A DNA stretch of 59,803 nt from a virus (Duplodnaviria; Caudoviricetes). The position numbers and the translations under genes are program-made. The notes under the pieces were generated by a model that worked only from the letters and a program-made list of their open reading frames with translations, was not told where the DNA came from and searched no databases. This document shows positions 40,062 to 50,972 of the stretch, piece by piece. The stretch is from positions 1-59,803 of the IMG/VR virus record IMGVR_UViG_3300032285_002123. The stretch is one strand, 5' to 3'. Each line of letters begins with the position of its first letter. Positions within the stretch are counted from its first letter, which is position 1.

Positions 40062-40726
40062 AGAGAATTACCTGCCTTCAATATCCAATTATACCCTACC
40101 TTTACTCCTTCTGATCTTGACCTTCCAAATCCAGCATAAAACTCTTCTGTGCTTTTTATCTGTTGTGCAAAGCCACTAGAATTTAGGAATGATTGAGAAA
40201 AATAGTTGTCAAAAAATTCATTAATAATATCGTGAAATGATCCTTGAACCTGTCTTCCACCAGGGTGATTTATAACAACTGGACCTTTTGTAAATATCAT
40301 ACCGTCTGCTTCGTCAGAAAATGCCAAGACTTTTGCATTTTTAGGTGTAATAGTAACTGGTATTCCAGCTTCCATTATTTGTGCTTTATCATAAAATGGT
40401 ACATTTGATCCATGACTAAAACTTTTTGATTGTGAAAATGTTGAACTAATTGTTAAACCATCTCCAATAACGCTGCATTCAAGATTAAATAATCTTGCTT
40501 CTGGTTGTCCTGCCATATACCATTCGTATACATGGTGAAGTCTTGCTGGATCTACCCTGGCACTTACGTCAATAAACTCTTCAAGCATTTTCTTTATTGA
40601 GTATCCAAGTTCTTTAAGCATTGCTACTTTACCAAGCTGAATTCCTTCAAGATATCCATCAGAATATTGAACGGCAGAATTTATGTCTTTTGTTAGTGCT
40701 GTTAGGTCAAATTTAACATTTATCAT
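40055..40726 (-). CDS. Putative neck/tail completion protein
   Basis: Synteny in the head-tail joining module. Confidence 0.55.
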   Translation of the reverse strand: MINVKFDLTALTKDINSAVQYSDGYLEGIQLGKVAMLKELGYSIKKMLEEFIDVSARVDPARLHHVYEWYMAGQPEARLFNLECSVIGDGLTISSTFSQSKSFSHGSNVPFYDKAQIMEAGIPVTITPKNAKVLAFSDEADGMIFTKGPVVINHPGGRQVQGSFHDIINEFFDNYFSQSFLNSSGFAQQIKSTEEFYAGFGRSRSEGVKVGYNWILKAGNSLW

Positions 40727-41169
40727 AGGTCTAACGCCTGATTATCAGAACGTCTGATCACGACCTTATAAAATTCTAGTCCTCCAAATGGACTTAAAAT
40801 TGGATTAAAAGTTGCAATTTCAAAAAGCGTTGACTTTCCAACTCTTGGACCACCAGACTCTGTATAGATTGGGTTTCCCATTGTATCTCTAATATTTGTA
40901 ATAACAATGTTTGTTAATGAATTATAAGATCCTCTGTCAGAAACTGTAATATCATTTTTTGTTCTACCAACCATAGAGTTATCAATAGTAATGTCTGGTT
41001 TAGGCATAACGTCTTCTTTAAACTTTCTACCTGCTGGTCCAAAGAAACATGAGATTGTTTTGTCTAGTACCCACTGTTTTTTGATAGCTCCATATGGATC
41101 TTGCTCAATTATTGGATAATAAACATCTGCAAGAAGCGGATAATACATGTCTGGAGTTTCATTTATCAT
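40723..41169 (-). CDS. Putative head-tail stopper
   Basis: Follows the adaptor; beta-rich, 148 aa. Confidence 0.55.
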   Translation of the reverse strand: MINETPDMYYPLLADVYYPIIEQDPYGAIKKQWVLDKTISCFFGPAGRKFKEDVMPKPDITIDNSMVGRTKNDITVSDRGSYNSLTNIVITNIRDTMGNPIYTESGGPRVGKSTLFEIATFNPILSPFGGLEFYKVVIRRSDNQALDL

Positions 41170-42317
41170 TATAGAATTCCTGGCTTGATAACATCGCCCT
41201 TATATCCATCAAGGATTTTATCTACGATGTTGTTTCCAGTACCCCTTAAGAATGATGATGAGAACTTAACGTCAAACTGATCTGTGCTGTATTCTGTAAC
41301 AAATCTGCGGTAGTAATCATTTCTGCCTTGCTTTAGATCATCAATAAGCATCATTGCAGCTTGCTCTACATCTGGTGGAACAGCTTTATATCCTACGTCA
41401 AGAATAAATGTATAGTCATAGCCTTTAGGGAATCCTACGCTGTCATAACCCCAGTAATTAAGATCTCCAGTGCCAATTGGAAGAGCCATTGGACGTGCTT
41501 CATATCTGTTAAATTCTCCGACTGTATATCTCATAATTGCTGAGTTATTTGGAGTAATTACAAATTGTATAGGCCAAGTTCTTTTTACTGATCCAGCACC
41601 TGTAATTGGAGATGAGTCAGTTACCAAAATAGAAAATTGATTTGATGCAGGAACCGATGCAACAGTGTAAGTACCATTATAACTTTCTGGAGTAACATTT
41701 GAAATTGTTACAGTATCTCCTTGTGAAAATCCGTGATCAGCTCCTGTTGTAATTGTTGCTACATTATTACTTGCTACTGATGGTGTTTGTGCTGCAATAG
41801 CTACCGCAAGATCTTCACCACTGTAAACAAGAACGTTGTTTTCATAAACTCTAAGAATTTTCTTTGGATTGTGCCAGACAGGATAGTAATCTGTTCCATC
41901 TCCAACACCCTGAATAATTAGCTTGTGGTTATAAAAACCCTCACCTGTTCCAGAGTCATTTTGAAGATATGCGTCAATAATTGAACGAGCAATTATTTCA
42001 AGTCTTTTGTATTCGTTAATTTCGCTGGCAGTTGAAGCAAGAATATTTGGATCAACATATGGACGATAAACTGTAAGGTTTGAATCTACAACAATATTGT
42101 CAAGATTATCGTAAATTCTAAAAGCAAAATCACGGTCATACTGAACCTTTGATCTTGGAAGAATGTAATTTACTTGTGAGTTTGAGCTAGAAGTTACAAG
42201 AGTATCTTCGATAGTGTGGTCAACAACATCTTCGACTTCGATACGATATTGAATGTTTGGTTCTGGCACATCCCAAGTTGTTGTGATTGGGTATGGCGGA
42301 ATTCTTAAAACTTCCAT
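41169..42317 (-). CDS. Head-tail adaptor with inserted beta module
   Basis: ARSIIDAY...GYKAVPPDVEQAAMMLI adaptor motifs; internal HGFSQGDTVTIS..YNGTYTV module. Confidence 0.7.
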   Translation of the reverse strand: MEVLRIPPYPITTTWDVPEPNIQYRIEVEDVVDHTIEDTLVTSSSNSQVNYILPRSKVQYDRDFAFRIYDNLDNIVVDSNLTVYRPYVDPNILASTASEINEYKRLEIIARSIIDAYLQNDSGTGEGFYNHKLIIQGVGDGTDYYPVWHNPKKILRVYENNVLVYSGEDLAVAIAAQTPSVASNNVATITTGADHGFSQGDTVTISNVTPESYNGTYTVASVPASNQFSILVTDSSPITGAGSVKRTWPIQFVITPNNSAIMRYTVGEFNRYEARPMALPIGTGDLNYWGYDSVGFPKGYDYTFILDVGYKAVPPDVEQAAMMLIDDLKQGRNDYYRRFVTEYSTDQFDVKFSSSFLRGTGNNIVDKILDGYKGDVIKPGIL

Positions 42318-42320
42318 TTG

Positions 42321-42497
42321 TTAATTAAATCTTGATAGAATTTCTTCTGGTGTTGCTTCTCTAACATCTGCCATTGTTAGCCATTTTTCAGCTTCTTCTC
42401 TTTTGACAATGTTATATCCAGTGAAAATCTGTCCCACTTCTTCCCAAAAAATATTTCTTGGTGAAAAAATAGCAACCTTTTCAATCGAACCTGACAA
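42321..42497 (-). CDS. Small hypothetical protein after capsid (58 aa, not in track)
   Basis: TGA-TATAAT promoter, SD AAGGAGG, TTG start; MSGSIEKVAIFS...ATPEEILSRFN. Confidence 0.75.
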   Translation of the reverse strand: MSGSIEKVAIFSPRNIFWEEVGQIFTGYNIVKREEAEKWLTMADVREATPEEILSRFN

Positions 42498-42529
42498 GAT
42501 TCCTCCTTAGATTATTATATCATCCAATT

Positions 42530-42567
42530 AAAAAGAGGGGCAAGGTTTTTAAGCCCTGCCCCCCTCT
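42530..42567 (-). terminator. Intrinsic terminator after major capsid gene
   Basis: GC-rich stem GGGGCAGGG/CCTTGCCCC followed by a T-tract. Confidence 0.8.
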
Positions 42568-42587
42568 AATTGGGTTTCTACTTCGAA

Positions 42588-43679
42588 TTAGGAAGCTGAC
42601 TTTGTTGCATAAGCAACAGCGTCCTGCTCTTCCCAGTTGATTCCGAAACGGACGAATACGGTGTATTCAATTGTGTCCTTCTTTGGAACGTAGAAGCGGT
42701 TGACTGTGATGTCACGCTGGAATCCCCAGATACGGTTCTGTGGGAAGGTGAGGTCAACGTAGTGTGCTGGGTAGTAAGGTACTTCAAGTACATCAATACC
42801 AAGAACACGAGTCTGACGAGCACCACCGACAGTCTGGTCTACACCACCAAGGTATGAACCACGAGCTGCTTCGGTTGAACCAATAGCTGTGAATAGAGTA
42901 CCGTTATTGCGAACAATGTTAGCAAATGTATCGGTGCTTGCGTAGAACTTAAGACCAGTCTGAAGAGCACGGTAACGACGTGGAATTGAGAGAACAAGCT
43001 TCTGCATGTCCGCTGTAGTCCAGTCAGAACCTGATGAAACGACAGCCTGGTGAGCAAAACCATCGTGCTCAACACGGTTGACGAATCCCTTCATGATATT
43101 GAGGAATGCATCTGAGCCTGTACCTGCACCGTTGATAGCGAGATCTTCGATGTCGTTACCAAAAGCAGTAGTCATAAGACGTACTAGGTGGTCCTCAAGA
43201 GCACCTCCTTCAATATTGTCTTCAAGTGCTTCTGATGAGACTTCCCAGTCAAGACGTAGCTTCTTAGTAGTAAGCTCCACCTTTGAGAATGTCGCACCAG
43301 CGTTTTGGAATGTTGCATCGCCCTGGTTAGCAGCACGAACAACACGCTCTCCAACGTTAACCTTTTCAAGTTCCATTGTGTTTGCGCGCATAGTTACACG
43401 ACGACCATCGTTGGCGAGGGTAGTAGCGTCCCAGATGTAATCGATAAAACGACGAGCCTGTTCTGGACGCAGGATACCAGCACCTGGATAGTTAGGGTTT
43501 GCGGTTGATGATGGGTTAACTGCGTTTGGACCAGTTGTGAGTCCGAAATCTGCTGTAGCTGTGTTCCCAACATAAGCAAATCCTGGGTTAGTTACTCCAC
43601 CAATACCACCAGCTGCAAGTCCACCCTCTGAGTTTGGGTAAGATGCACCTGGGTTATTTTTTAGGATTTCTTCCGACAT
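42588..43679 (-). CDS. Major capsid protein (HK97 fold)
   Basis: GILRPEQARRFIDY, VSSEALEDNIEG and DIEDLAING; SD GGAGGTG before ATG 43679. Confidence 0.9.
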   Translation of the reverse strand: MSEEILKNNPGASYPNSEGGLAAGGIGGVTNPGFAYVGNTATADFGLTTGPNAVNPSSTANPNYPGAGILRPEQARRFIDYIWDATTLANDGRRVTMRANTMELEKVNVGERVVRAANQGDATFQNAGATFSKVELTTKKLRLDWEVSSEALEDNIEGGALEDHLVRLMTTAFGNDIEDLAINGAGTGSDAFLNIMKGFVNRVEHDGFAHQAVVSSGSDWTTADMQKLVLSIPRRYRALQTGLKFYASTDTFANIVRNNGTLFTAIGSTEAARGSYLGGVDQTVGGARQTRVLGIDVLEVPYYPAHYVDLTFPQNRIWGFQRDITVNRFYVPKKDTIEYTVFVRFGINWEEQDAVAYATKSAS

Positions 43680-43712
43680 ATATTTCACCTCCATGAAAAT
43701 GTTTTTATTTTA

Positions 43713-45020
43713 TTACTTTAGTAGATCGGATGTAGTGAGGAAACTGCCACCCCATACTGATTTTTCAACCATTGCTGGTTCCTGAACGATCTCACCGAGG
43801 TCGCCAGACTTACGGAAAGCAGTATCAGCTTCTACTGCGTCAATACGCTTTCCAAGATTGTTAAAGCCACCTTCGGCATCTTCTAGCTTTGACTCAACTA
43901 GACCGAGTGACTTCTTTAGTTCTGTAATTTCAGCACTTTGTGCCTTAACTACATCAATGATATCGCTAAAGGCTGATGTAATGGTATTCTTTAGGTCAGC
44001 AACTGCATTAACAGTGGCCTCATCTGACTTAGATACCGCTTCATTTTCAACAGATACGTCAGCTGGAACTTCACCAGTAACTTCTGCAACTTCTTCAGCC
44101 TCTTCAGCTTCAGCCTCAGCTGCATCTTCCTCTGGGGTTTCTGCAACTTCTTCTGTGTCAGCTGTTACGGCTTCGGCATCTGCCTCTGGAGCGATCTCAA
44201 CAACTTCGTTCTCTGCATTTTCTGCAGCAACGTCGTTTACAATTTCGTTTGAATTTGCCATGTTGTTTTCCTCCTGTGTCATCTTAGTCACATTAATGCC
44301 TTTAGCACTATCAACTAAGAACTTAATCATGTCTACCTTCTCAGAATCTGACTTCTCTACGAAACCAATGTTCTGCATAGGCAGTCCACTTGTTGGGCTA
44401 ACGGCTGAATCTTCCTCTGAAAGAGTAACAATTCCAGACTCCTTATCCCAAAAAACATTTTCGATTACTGTATCAACAGCATCTCCCTTTAGTGTGTCCA
44501 CTCCATCAACTTTCTCTACTGAAAGGATGCTTGCGAACTGATTTGCTGGATTGTCAACAAGTGATAGTTCTACAAGGTCATAATCTTTGATAATACGGAT
44601 CTGTGTATCCATCTTCTCATCATAACCATCATCCCACTTATTCATTCTACCACCGATAGAAAAACCTGTGTATGTACCATCTAGAACCTTTTCCCAGCAA
44701 TCCTGAGCACCCTTTGACACATAAGCTGAAACATAAATACCTGAATAGAACTTCTTTGTCTCTGGATCAAAGTACTTATCTTCCTTGAATGAAACCATCT
44801 TTCCTACTGCTGATGGCTGGTGCATTTCACGAATGTTACCACGGAACTTTGAGAATGCAGCAAGTGAAGCTTCTGGAGTAACAATGTCCATCTGCTTATC
44901 AATGTTGTCTAGAGTAGCAAAACCAGATACGATACGACGTTCCTGATCTACCTTGCTGAAAGGCATTGATAGACGAACGTTGTCTCCCTCTGTATCCCAA
45001 TGTGCTTTAGAAATAGTCAT
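43713..45020 (-). CDS. Prohead protease fused to acidic scaffold domain
   Basis: IREMHQ, GFSIGG and ELSLVDNPAN HK97-type protease motifs; Glu/Ala-rich coiled-coil C-terminal half. Confidence 0.9.
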   Translation of the reverse strand: MTISKAHWDTEGDNVRLSMPFSKVDQERRIVSGFATLDNIDKQMDIVTPEASLAAFSKFRGNIREMHQPSAVGKMVSFKEDKYFDPETKKFYSGIYVSAYVSKGAQDCWEKVLDGTYTGFSIGGRMNKWDDGYDEKMDTQIRIIKDYDLVELSLVDNPANQFASILSVEKVDGVDTLKGDAVDTVIENVFWDKESGIVTLSEEDSAVSPTSGLPMQNIGFVEKSDSEKVDMIKFLVDSAKGINVTKMTQEENNMANSNEIVNDVAAENAENEVVEIAPEADAEAVTADTEEVAETPEEDAAEAEAEEAEEVAEVTGEVPADVSVENEAVSKSDEATVNAVADLKNTITSAFSDIIDVVKAQSAEITELKKSLGLVESKLEDAEGGFNNLGKRIDAVEADTAFRKSGDLGEIVQEPAMVEKSVWGGSFLTTSDLLK

Positions 45021-45083
45021 ACTAATTAATTATAGAGCCTTTTTTATAGATTATTGTAAAATTAAATTATATCACAATTTTAT

Positions 45084-46685
45084 CTATTTTGAGGCTCTAC
45101 CCTCTCCTTTTGGATTTCTTCCTGAAATTGTTGCTGGTCCATCAGACTGATTGTTTGTACGCTCTGCGTCACGCTGACGAGTTTGCTTTGTGTTTGCTGT
45201 AGCGTCAGCTGCTTGACGAGCAGTTAGCTCTACAACCTTGTCTCCACCTTCAATTTCTGGAAGATTAATGATTCCACGAGCTTCGTTAGGAACCATAATC
45301 TTGTTACGAATGTATCGCTCAAGAATCTGTGATTGTGCAACTTCATCTGTAAGTGTAAGCTCATTAAATTTAAACTCAAGAATGTCTGTCTTTTCACGAA
45401 TAATTCGGTTTAGAATCTTTTCAAGTTTACTTTGTTCTGGACGAGCAACCTGCTCTTTAAATGTACGATCTTGTGCAATTGAGGATGCTACGGCAGCACC
45501 ATCTCCACCACCAAGTTTTGAAAGTGGAACCTGGTGAGCAACAAGGATATCATCTCTATTCTGCTTACGGTAGTTATAGAACGATCCTTCCTGTACCCCA
45601 TTTTCAATTGGCTCCATCTTAAACTCAACCTTGTTTGTGTCTGAGTCTCCTGGAAGTGGAATATAAAGTGTGCGGTGTGACTGTGACTTTAGACCAGTTT
45701 GTAGGAATCTGAAAAGCTTGTCTTCTGATTCTGCAGTAAGCTGTGCTCCCTTAAGAGTTACAATGTAACGTGGCACAGCCTTGTTCTGGAAGTAATCAAT
45801 GTTGTATTGTGATGCAAGTGCGTCACCAAGTAGCGATGGCATTGCAGCAATTACGTCAGGAACACCATAGAATGTGTTTAGTGGTGAATATTCCTTGATG
45901 TGAATAATTTCGTTTGGACGCTGATCGTCAGTAATTGGGTTTAGATTTTTTGCACCAAAGTTACGGAAGTAAACAACCTTGTTTCCAATAATCTGCACAA
46001 AACCATCGTGAAGACGACGTACACGCATTGTGGCTGCAGGAATGTGACCAATATAACCAATGTCACCCTTTACTGTACGACCAATTTCAAGGAATCCGTT
46101 ACCTACTGCATGAACATCAGTAAATACCTTTTCCATGGTGCTTGTAAAACTTTCATCTTGATTAAGACTTTCAATCCAATCACGAAGTTCAATCTTTAGT
46201 CTTTCAATGCGGTTACGAGCACGTTTAAGAGCATCTTCATCTGTTACATTTTCAAGCTTGAGTGTTGTCTTGCTTGATACAACAAAGTCATAGCCAAGAC
46301 CAACAGTATTTTCTACCTTTGCATCAATAGCAGCGTGATTAGCGAATGAAGTATCGTAGTAACTTGCAAGCTCGTTAAGGTTATATGGTGGGGTAATAAT
46401 GTCAAACAGACCATAAGCATTACGGTAGATTACACCAGGGTTAATAGCCTTTGACTTTGCACCCTCACCAGTTTGAACAGCTGCTGCTGAATCTAGGTAG
46501 GCATCCGTAACTGCAGTCTTTTCAATTTTACGAGCTGCACGACGCTTAAAGTTTAGGTCAAGACCGCTGTAGTGCTTTAGCTCATCCCACTCAACATTAA
46601 ATGGATCGGCAAACTTTGTTATTTGCTGCTCTTCTTCTCTATCCCATTTAATTGGAATACTAATTCTTGTTAGATCATCACTCAT
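45084..46685 (-). CDS. Portal protein
   Basis: GNGFLEI, HIPAATMR, NEIIH..YGVP, YFQNKAVP and PNEAR; ATG 46685 preferred. Confidence 0.92.
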   Translation of the reverse strand: MSDDLTRISIPIKWDREEEQQITKFADPFNVEWDELKHYSGLDLNFKRRAARKIEKTAVTDAYLDSAAAVQTGEGAKSKAINPGVIYRNAYGLFDIITPPYNLNELASYYDTSFANHAAIDAKVENTVGLGYDFVVSSKTTLKLENVTDEDALKRARNRIERLKIELRDWIESLNQDESFTSTMEKVFTDVHAVGNGFLEIGRTVKGDIGYIGHIPAATMRVRRLHDGFVQIIGNKVVYFRNFGAKNLNPITDDQRPNEIIHIKEYSPLNTFYGVPDVIAAMPSLLGDALASQYNIDYFQNKAVPRYIVTLKGAQLTAESEDKLFRFLQTGLKSQSHRTLYIPLPGDSDTNKVEFKMEPIENGVQEGSFYNYRKQNRDDILVAHQVPLSKLGGGDGAAVASSIAQDRTFKEQVARPEQSKLEKILNRIIREKTDILEFKFNELTLTDEVAQSQILERYIRNKIMVPNEARGIINLPEIEGGDKVVELTARQAADATANTKQTRQRDAERTNNQSDGPATISGRNPKGEGRASK

Positions 46686-47046
46686 CGCCGTATAACTCCA
46701 AAGTCTTCTTAGCTGCAATCAAGGCACCAAGGTCATTGTTTGATGGAATAAGTCCTTGGCTCATGCGGTCTTTTTGTTCGCTATATTCTTCATCTGAAAT
46801 CTTACGAACATTTGGAAAAAATACAGCTTTACCATCTGGTTGTCCATTATACTTAGCTGCATCAGCTAGCTCTTTCATCTTCTTAGGGTCATCTTTCATT
46901 GATTCAATACTTAATGCGTTACCCTCGCCGTCAGTAAAGAACTTTCCAGAAGGAAGCTGCCAAACATAAATGCCAGCATTTGAGAATGGTTCTTCAATTA
47001 CCTGAACCCTGGTTTGACCAATTTGGCCCTTCATAATCTTTTCCAT
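46678..47046 (-). CDS. Hypothetical protein upstream of portal
   Basis: TGG-TATACT 7 nt before ATG 47046. Confidence 0.75.
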   Translation of the reverse strand: MEKIMKGQIGQTRVQVIEEPFSNAGIYVWQLPSGKFFTDGEGNALSIESMKDDPKKMKELADAAKYNGQPDGKAVFFPNVRKISDEEYSEQKDRMSQGLIPSNNDLGALIAAKKTLELYGDE

Positions 47047-47064
47047 AACCACAAGTATACCATA

Positions 47065-50000
47065 TTATGCAGATAGTCGTATTGTTGGTGTCGAAGCTAT
47101 GTTTGAATATACAACATTTTGATACTTGTTTATCTTTATTCCACTAACATCGTTTGTTTCTGTTCCAAATATTTTGTTAGTTCCAGTATAAACTTGAAAA
47201 ATTGTTTTTGGAGAGATTTCTGCCTTTGGATCTATTTCAGAAAATTCTAGAATTCTCCAGGTAATTGCGTTTCCATTTGAATCCACTCTATTTTTTACAA
47301 TTCCCCAAGTTTCATTATTTGTTTCAAAAACTTTAGACCAAGATGTAATAGTTAGCTGAACGTCAATTGAACTCTTGTTGATTTGATAATAAGAAAAATT
47401 ATTAAATGTTGCTTGCTGCAAAAGTTTTACACTTCCTGGTTCAGGGAACTGCAAGGTTTTTGTAAAAACTGCTCCGAGCATTACCCACTCATTTAATTTT
47501 AATATTGGAGAGCTTGTATAAACACCATTTATGTAAAACTCTATATCTGTAAATTCTTGTGGTGTGCTTTGTCCTACTGGTGTAATTGTTGGAACAATCT
47601 TATAGTATCCATTAGAAACTTGAAAAACAGTAAATGATATTGTTCCGTTACCATTAGCTACCTCAAACAAAACATTTCCATCTTCTGGTGCATCCAACAA
47701 CAAGGACGTGTTTATGGAGCTTAGGTAAAAGTTTGAAATGACTGATTCATTTATTGGGATGTATATTCCTCTATCAGTAACTTCACTTCCTATTGGCTTT
47801 AAACTCTTAATACCGCTGTGTTTTGAAAGATTTAAATATGGAGATGAGTTTTTTGCAATTCTGTGAGGGTTTCCTTTATATGCAAACTTACCATCATTAT
47901 TTTTTGCATAAGAATAGACTGGAGTATTCAATCTAGTTGTTATTGGCTTTGCAAGAGTTTTATCGAAACTACTAGAGGTTTCTGTTTGGTAGGTTTGAGA
48001 CAAAAAGTTTAGGTGTCTAAGATTTACAAAATCATATTTTGTAGAATTTGACTTTATTTCTACAATAGTTGTCATAATCATTTGTGACAAATCTAATTCA
48101 GTAGGAACGTGAATGATTGTTCCGTCAAAAACCTCATATTTGTTATTAATATGTGTTGAGTCTAAAATCATAGAGCTATTAAGTTGGATAGGATCATAGC
48201 TCAATCCATAATTAGAAATTGTCTCGTTTTTGTTATGAAAAATAATATAAGACTTTACCAGCTCTGCAGAACTATCAATCACATCATTTACGATAATGTG
48301 GTTTTGTGATGGGTAATCAATATTAAATTGAATTGTATCAATTCCTGCTGGAGTTTGTGTTGCAAGTGTTGATAGTGGCAAATAATCTTTCCAATATGAC
48401 TTTGTAGAAGCATCAATTGCAAAGTGGTTAATTGTTGAATTTCCAGAGGAGTCAAAAGTCTTTAACTTCATTCCAAAGGCATATGCATTGTCTTCTGTCA
48501 TAAGACTTGTTGAAGAAACATTTGATGATCCTACAGCTATTGTTCCGTTTGCATTTAGGTTTATCATTCCTGAGTCAAAATATTTTGTCAAATTGCCTTT
48601 TGTATTTATTCCAACTTCATAAAGTTTACCCTGGAACATTGTTGTAATTTCTGAATCATTACCAGCATAATCTCCAATAACATATAGGGATAATGAATTT
48701 ATTTTTCTAATAAAGTTTGAAATTATTTTTTGTTCTGGAGTTGTTGTTAGATTTTTTAATTGTGAAACATTCCATCCGACTGCAAAAGTTAGTTCGTTAG
48801 AACTTAAGGTTGTTTTCTTTATAGTTCCATGAACTCTTCCAATTTTATATTTATAAGATAAATCTTTTCCGTTCAAAACAATTGAAAGATGATCTTTTGT
48901 ATTTTTGTCTTCTAGTTTTAAAATTACTTGTTCATTTGTAATTGAATCATCTTGTTTTTTTACAACACAATAAATTGATTGAAGTTGATCCATTCCTTTT
49001 TGAGAAATTTTATCAAAGTAAACATAGCCATTTATTGTTGACCAAGAACTTCCAGCATTTATCTTTATGTATGGATTTGTATCTGGAGAAGATGCATTTA
49101 AAGAAATAAGGTCAGATTCCCACTTGCTTGTGTCTGTTTTATTTGATAGCAAGGTATCGCTAAGAATTATTTGTGGAAGATCATTTTGTGGTGAGCCAAG
49201 TGTATTTTTACTTATCAGCACGTTGTCATTAATTGAATTTGCCCATCTTTCTTTTACTGGGTATAAGAATGATGATGAATACTTTACTAAAGTATTGTCA
49301 AAGAATATTTGAGATCCTCCATATGCCGTTGAAAGATTCTGTGGTTCTACAACTGCCTGACCATAACCAAATCTTTTTAGTGCAACTACAGCTGGTACTG
49401 AGTATGGATAAATAGCAATACAATCAACTTCTATTGATGGTATATCCGTGTATGCATAAAAACCAATGTAGTCTTGATCATTTCCACTTGAATCTTTTGA
49501 GTCTGGTAGTGACAAGCTTGCGTTGTTTATTTTTAATGATATTACGGTTTCTCCATTTACAAGTACCCTTGCAAATCCGTCACCAACTACAATATGAATC
49601 AACATTGGTCTAAACCAGTCGCCAACAAAATGAGAAGCCAAATAATCATTAATTTTTAATTTTAAAAATGGTCCTTCAACATATAGTCCGTCATATGATC
49701 CTATTGGACCAATGATTCTTTTTGCAGTAGTTGCATGACTATTTATTCTTACCCAGGCTTCGAATGTTAGTGTTTTAAATCTTCCAGAATTATTTAAGAA
49801 TCCTAACCCAGGCACTATCAGTGATGGAAGGTTTATATTTTTATACAATACTGTTGAATTAAGTGCTCCGAATGTCATTGGAAGCGTAGAGTTTTTAGCA
49901 TATAGGGTAGATGTTTCTGGTGAGCTTGAGCTATTTCCAATGTAATACCCTTGATTTTCATTAGAAGCATATGGATTTGCAACTACCCCATATTTTCCAC

Positions 50001-50649
50001 CAACAACAGATATTGTGTTTGGAATCAGTTGTGGGTGAGTTCCTGTAGACTCAGCATTAAAGTTTTCAATGTTTGATCCTATAGAAAAACCATTAATATA
50101 AAAACTGTAAAGCTCTCCTGTTTTGATTTTGTATTTTACTGTTATTTCAAGGTAGTCATAGGTATTGTGGTCACTTGATAATTCACCAAAGTTAAGAAAT
50201 AGCCACTCTTTATATTTAGTAACTGCTATTTCTTTTGATGCTGTTGCTGTTGATGTAGTTGTTGGATGTGCAAAAACCTTTACACTTTCAATAGATGCAG
50301 TATCTGAATAAAAATAAAAACCTACAGAAAAGTTACCATCACCATTGACAGAAAATCCACTTGGACTTTTAAACACAACAGTTTTTTCATCTCCAACAGA
50401 CCCAGACGATGATCCAAAAAATTTTGTAGCTAGTTCATTTGGCAACGGAAGAAATGGAAATGTTTTTCCAGAAAAATAAAATATGTTTGGATCTGTAGAA
50501 GAGTCTAATCCAGTTGCTGTCCAGTTTACAATATCTTTGTTGGTTTCTGAAAAATACGAAACAAAGTCACACTTGTCATCTAGTGACCAAAGTGCTGTAG
50601 GATTTTCTGCATAAATTTTTTCTGCATAAAGATTAGATGGAGTAGACAA
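47065..50649 (-). CDS. Large virion protein with LamG/concanavalin-like domains
   Basis: ENPTALWSLDD, TFEAWVRI..VLVNGE..DCIAIY patterns; 1194 aa. Confidence 0.65.
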   Translation of the reverse strand: MSTPSNLYAEKIYAENPTALWSLDDKCDFVSYFSETNKDIVNWTATGLDSSTDPNIFYFSGKTFPFLPLPNELATKFFGSSSGSVGDEKTVVFKSPSGFSVNGDGNFSVGFYFYSDTASIESVKVFAHPTTTSTATASKEIAVTKYKEWLFLNFGELSSDHNTYDYLEITVKYKIKTGELYSFYINGFSIGSNIENFNAESTGTHPQLIPNTISVVGGKYGVVANPYASNENQGYYIGNSSSSPETSTLYAKNSTLPMTFGALNSTVLYKNINLPSLIVPGLGFLNNSGRFKTLTFEAWVRINSHATTAKRIIGPIGSYDGLYVEGPFLKLKINDYLASHFVGDWFRPMLIHIVVGDGFARVLVNGETVISLKINNASLSLPDSKDSSGNDQDYIGFYAYTDIPSIEVDCIAIYPYSVPAVVALKRFGYGQAVVEPQNLSTAYGGSQIFFDNTLVKYSSSFLYPVKERWANSINDNVLISKNTLGSPQNDLPQIILSDTLLSNKTDTSKWESDLISLNASSPDTNPYIKINAGSSWSTINGYVYFDKISQKGMDQLQSIYCVVKKQDDSITNEQVILKLEDKNTKDHLSIVLNGKDLSYKYKIGRVHGTIKKTTLSSNELTFAVGWNVSQLKNLTTTPEQKIISNFIRKINSLSLYVIGDYAGNDSEITTMFQGKLYEVGINTKGNLTKYFDSGMINLNANGTIAVGSSNVSSTSLMTEDNAYAFGMKLKTFDSSGNSTINHFAIDASTKSYWKDYLPLSTLATQTPAGIDTIQFNIDYPSQNHIIVNDVIDSSAELVKSYIIFHNKNETISNYGLSYDPIQLNSSMILDSTHINNKYEVFDGTIIHVPTELDLSQMIMTTIVEIKSNSTKYDFVNLRHLNFLSQTYQTETSSSFDKTLAKPITTRLNTPVYSYAKNNDGKFAYKGNPHRIAKNSSPYLNLSKHSGIKSLKPIGSEVTDRGIYIPINESVISNFYLSSINTSLLLDAPEDGNVLFEVANGNGTISFTVFQVSNGYYKIVPTITPVGQSTPQEFTDIEFYINGVYTSSPILKLNEWVMLGAVFTKTLQFPEPGSVKLLQQATFNNFSYYQINKSSIDVQLTITSWSKVFETNNETWGIVKNRVDSNGNAITWRILEFSEIDPKAEISPKTIFQVYTGTNKIFGTETNDVSGIKINKYQNVVYSNIASTPTIRLSA

Positions 50650-50697
50650 ATATTTTCACCTACTCCATCTTATCATATTAACTTGTTTTAATACTTA

Positions 50698-50922
50698 TTA
50701 ACCTAGTGCATTAAGTTCGTTCTGATAAATCTCAATTGCTTTCTGGATTGTTTCAATATCCTTATCAATTGATGCTAGGTTATCAGCATTGTCTTCTTGC
50801 TTTTCTGCTACCTGGCGATTAAGCTCAAGCTTGTATCCCTCTGCAGCAAATTGTTGAATAGTATTAGACAGAATAATCTGCTTCTGTTCTGTTGACAGAA
50901 TTTCATTAAAGTCGATTGCCAT
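50698..50922 (-). CDS. Small coiled-coil protein
   Basis: 74 aa; SD GAGG; upstream TGC-TATAAT. Confidence 0.7.
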   Translation of the reverse strand: MAIDFNEILSTEQKQIILSNTIQQFAAEGYKLELNRQVAEKQEDNADNLASIDKDIETIQKAIEIYQNELNALG

Positions 50923-50972
50923 TTACGGATCCTCTCATTTGTTAATTACCGTACAAAAAATTATAGCATGAT

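Noticed and set aside
43858-44541. 227-aa plus-strand ORF and other antisense or alternate-frame ORFs in the track
   Set aside because: They are shadows of well-supported minus-strand genes with biased codon usage, and lack recognisable motifs or expression signals
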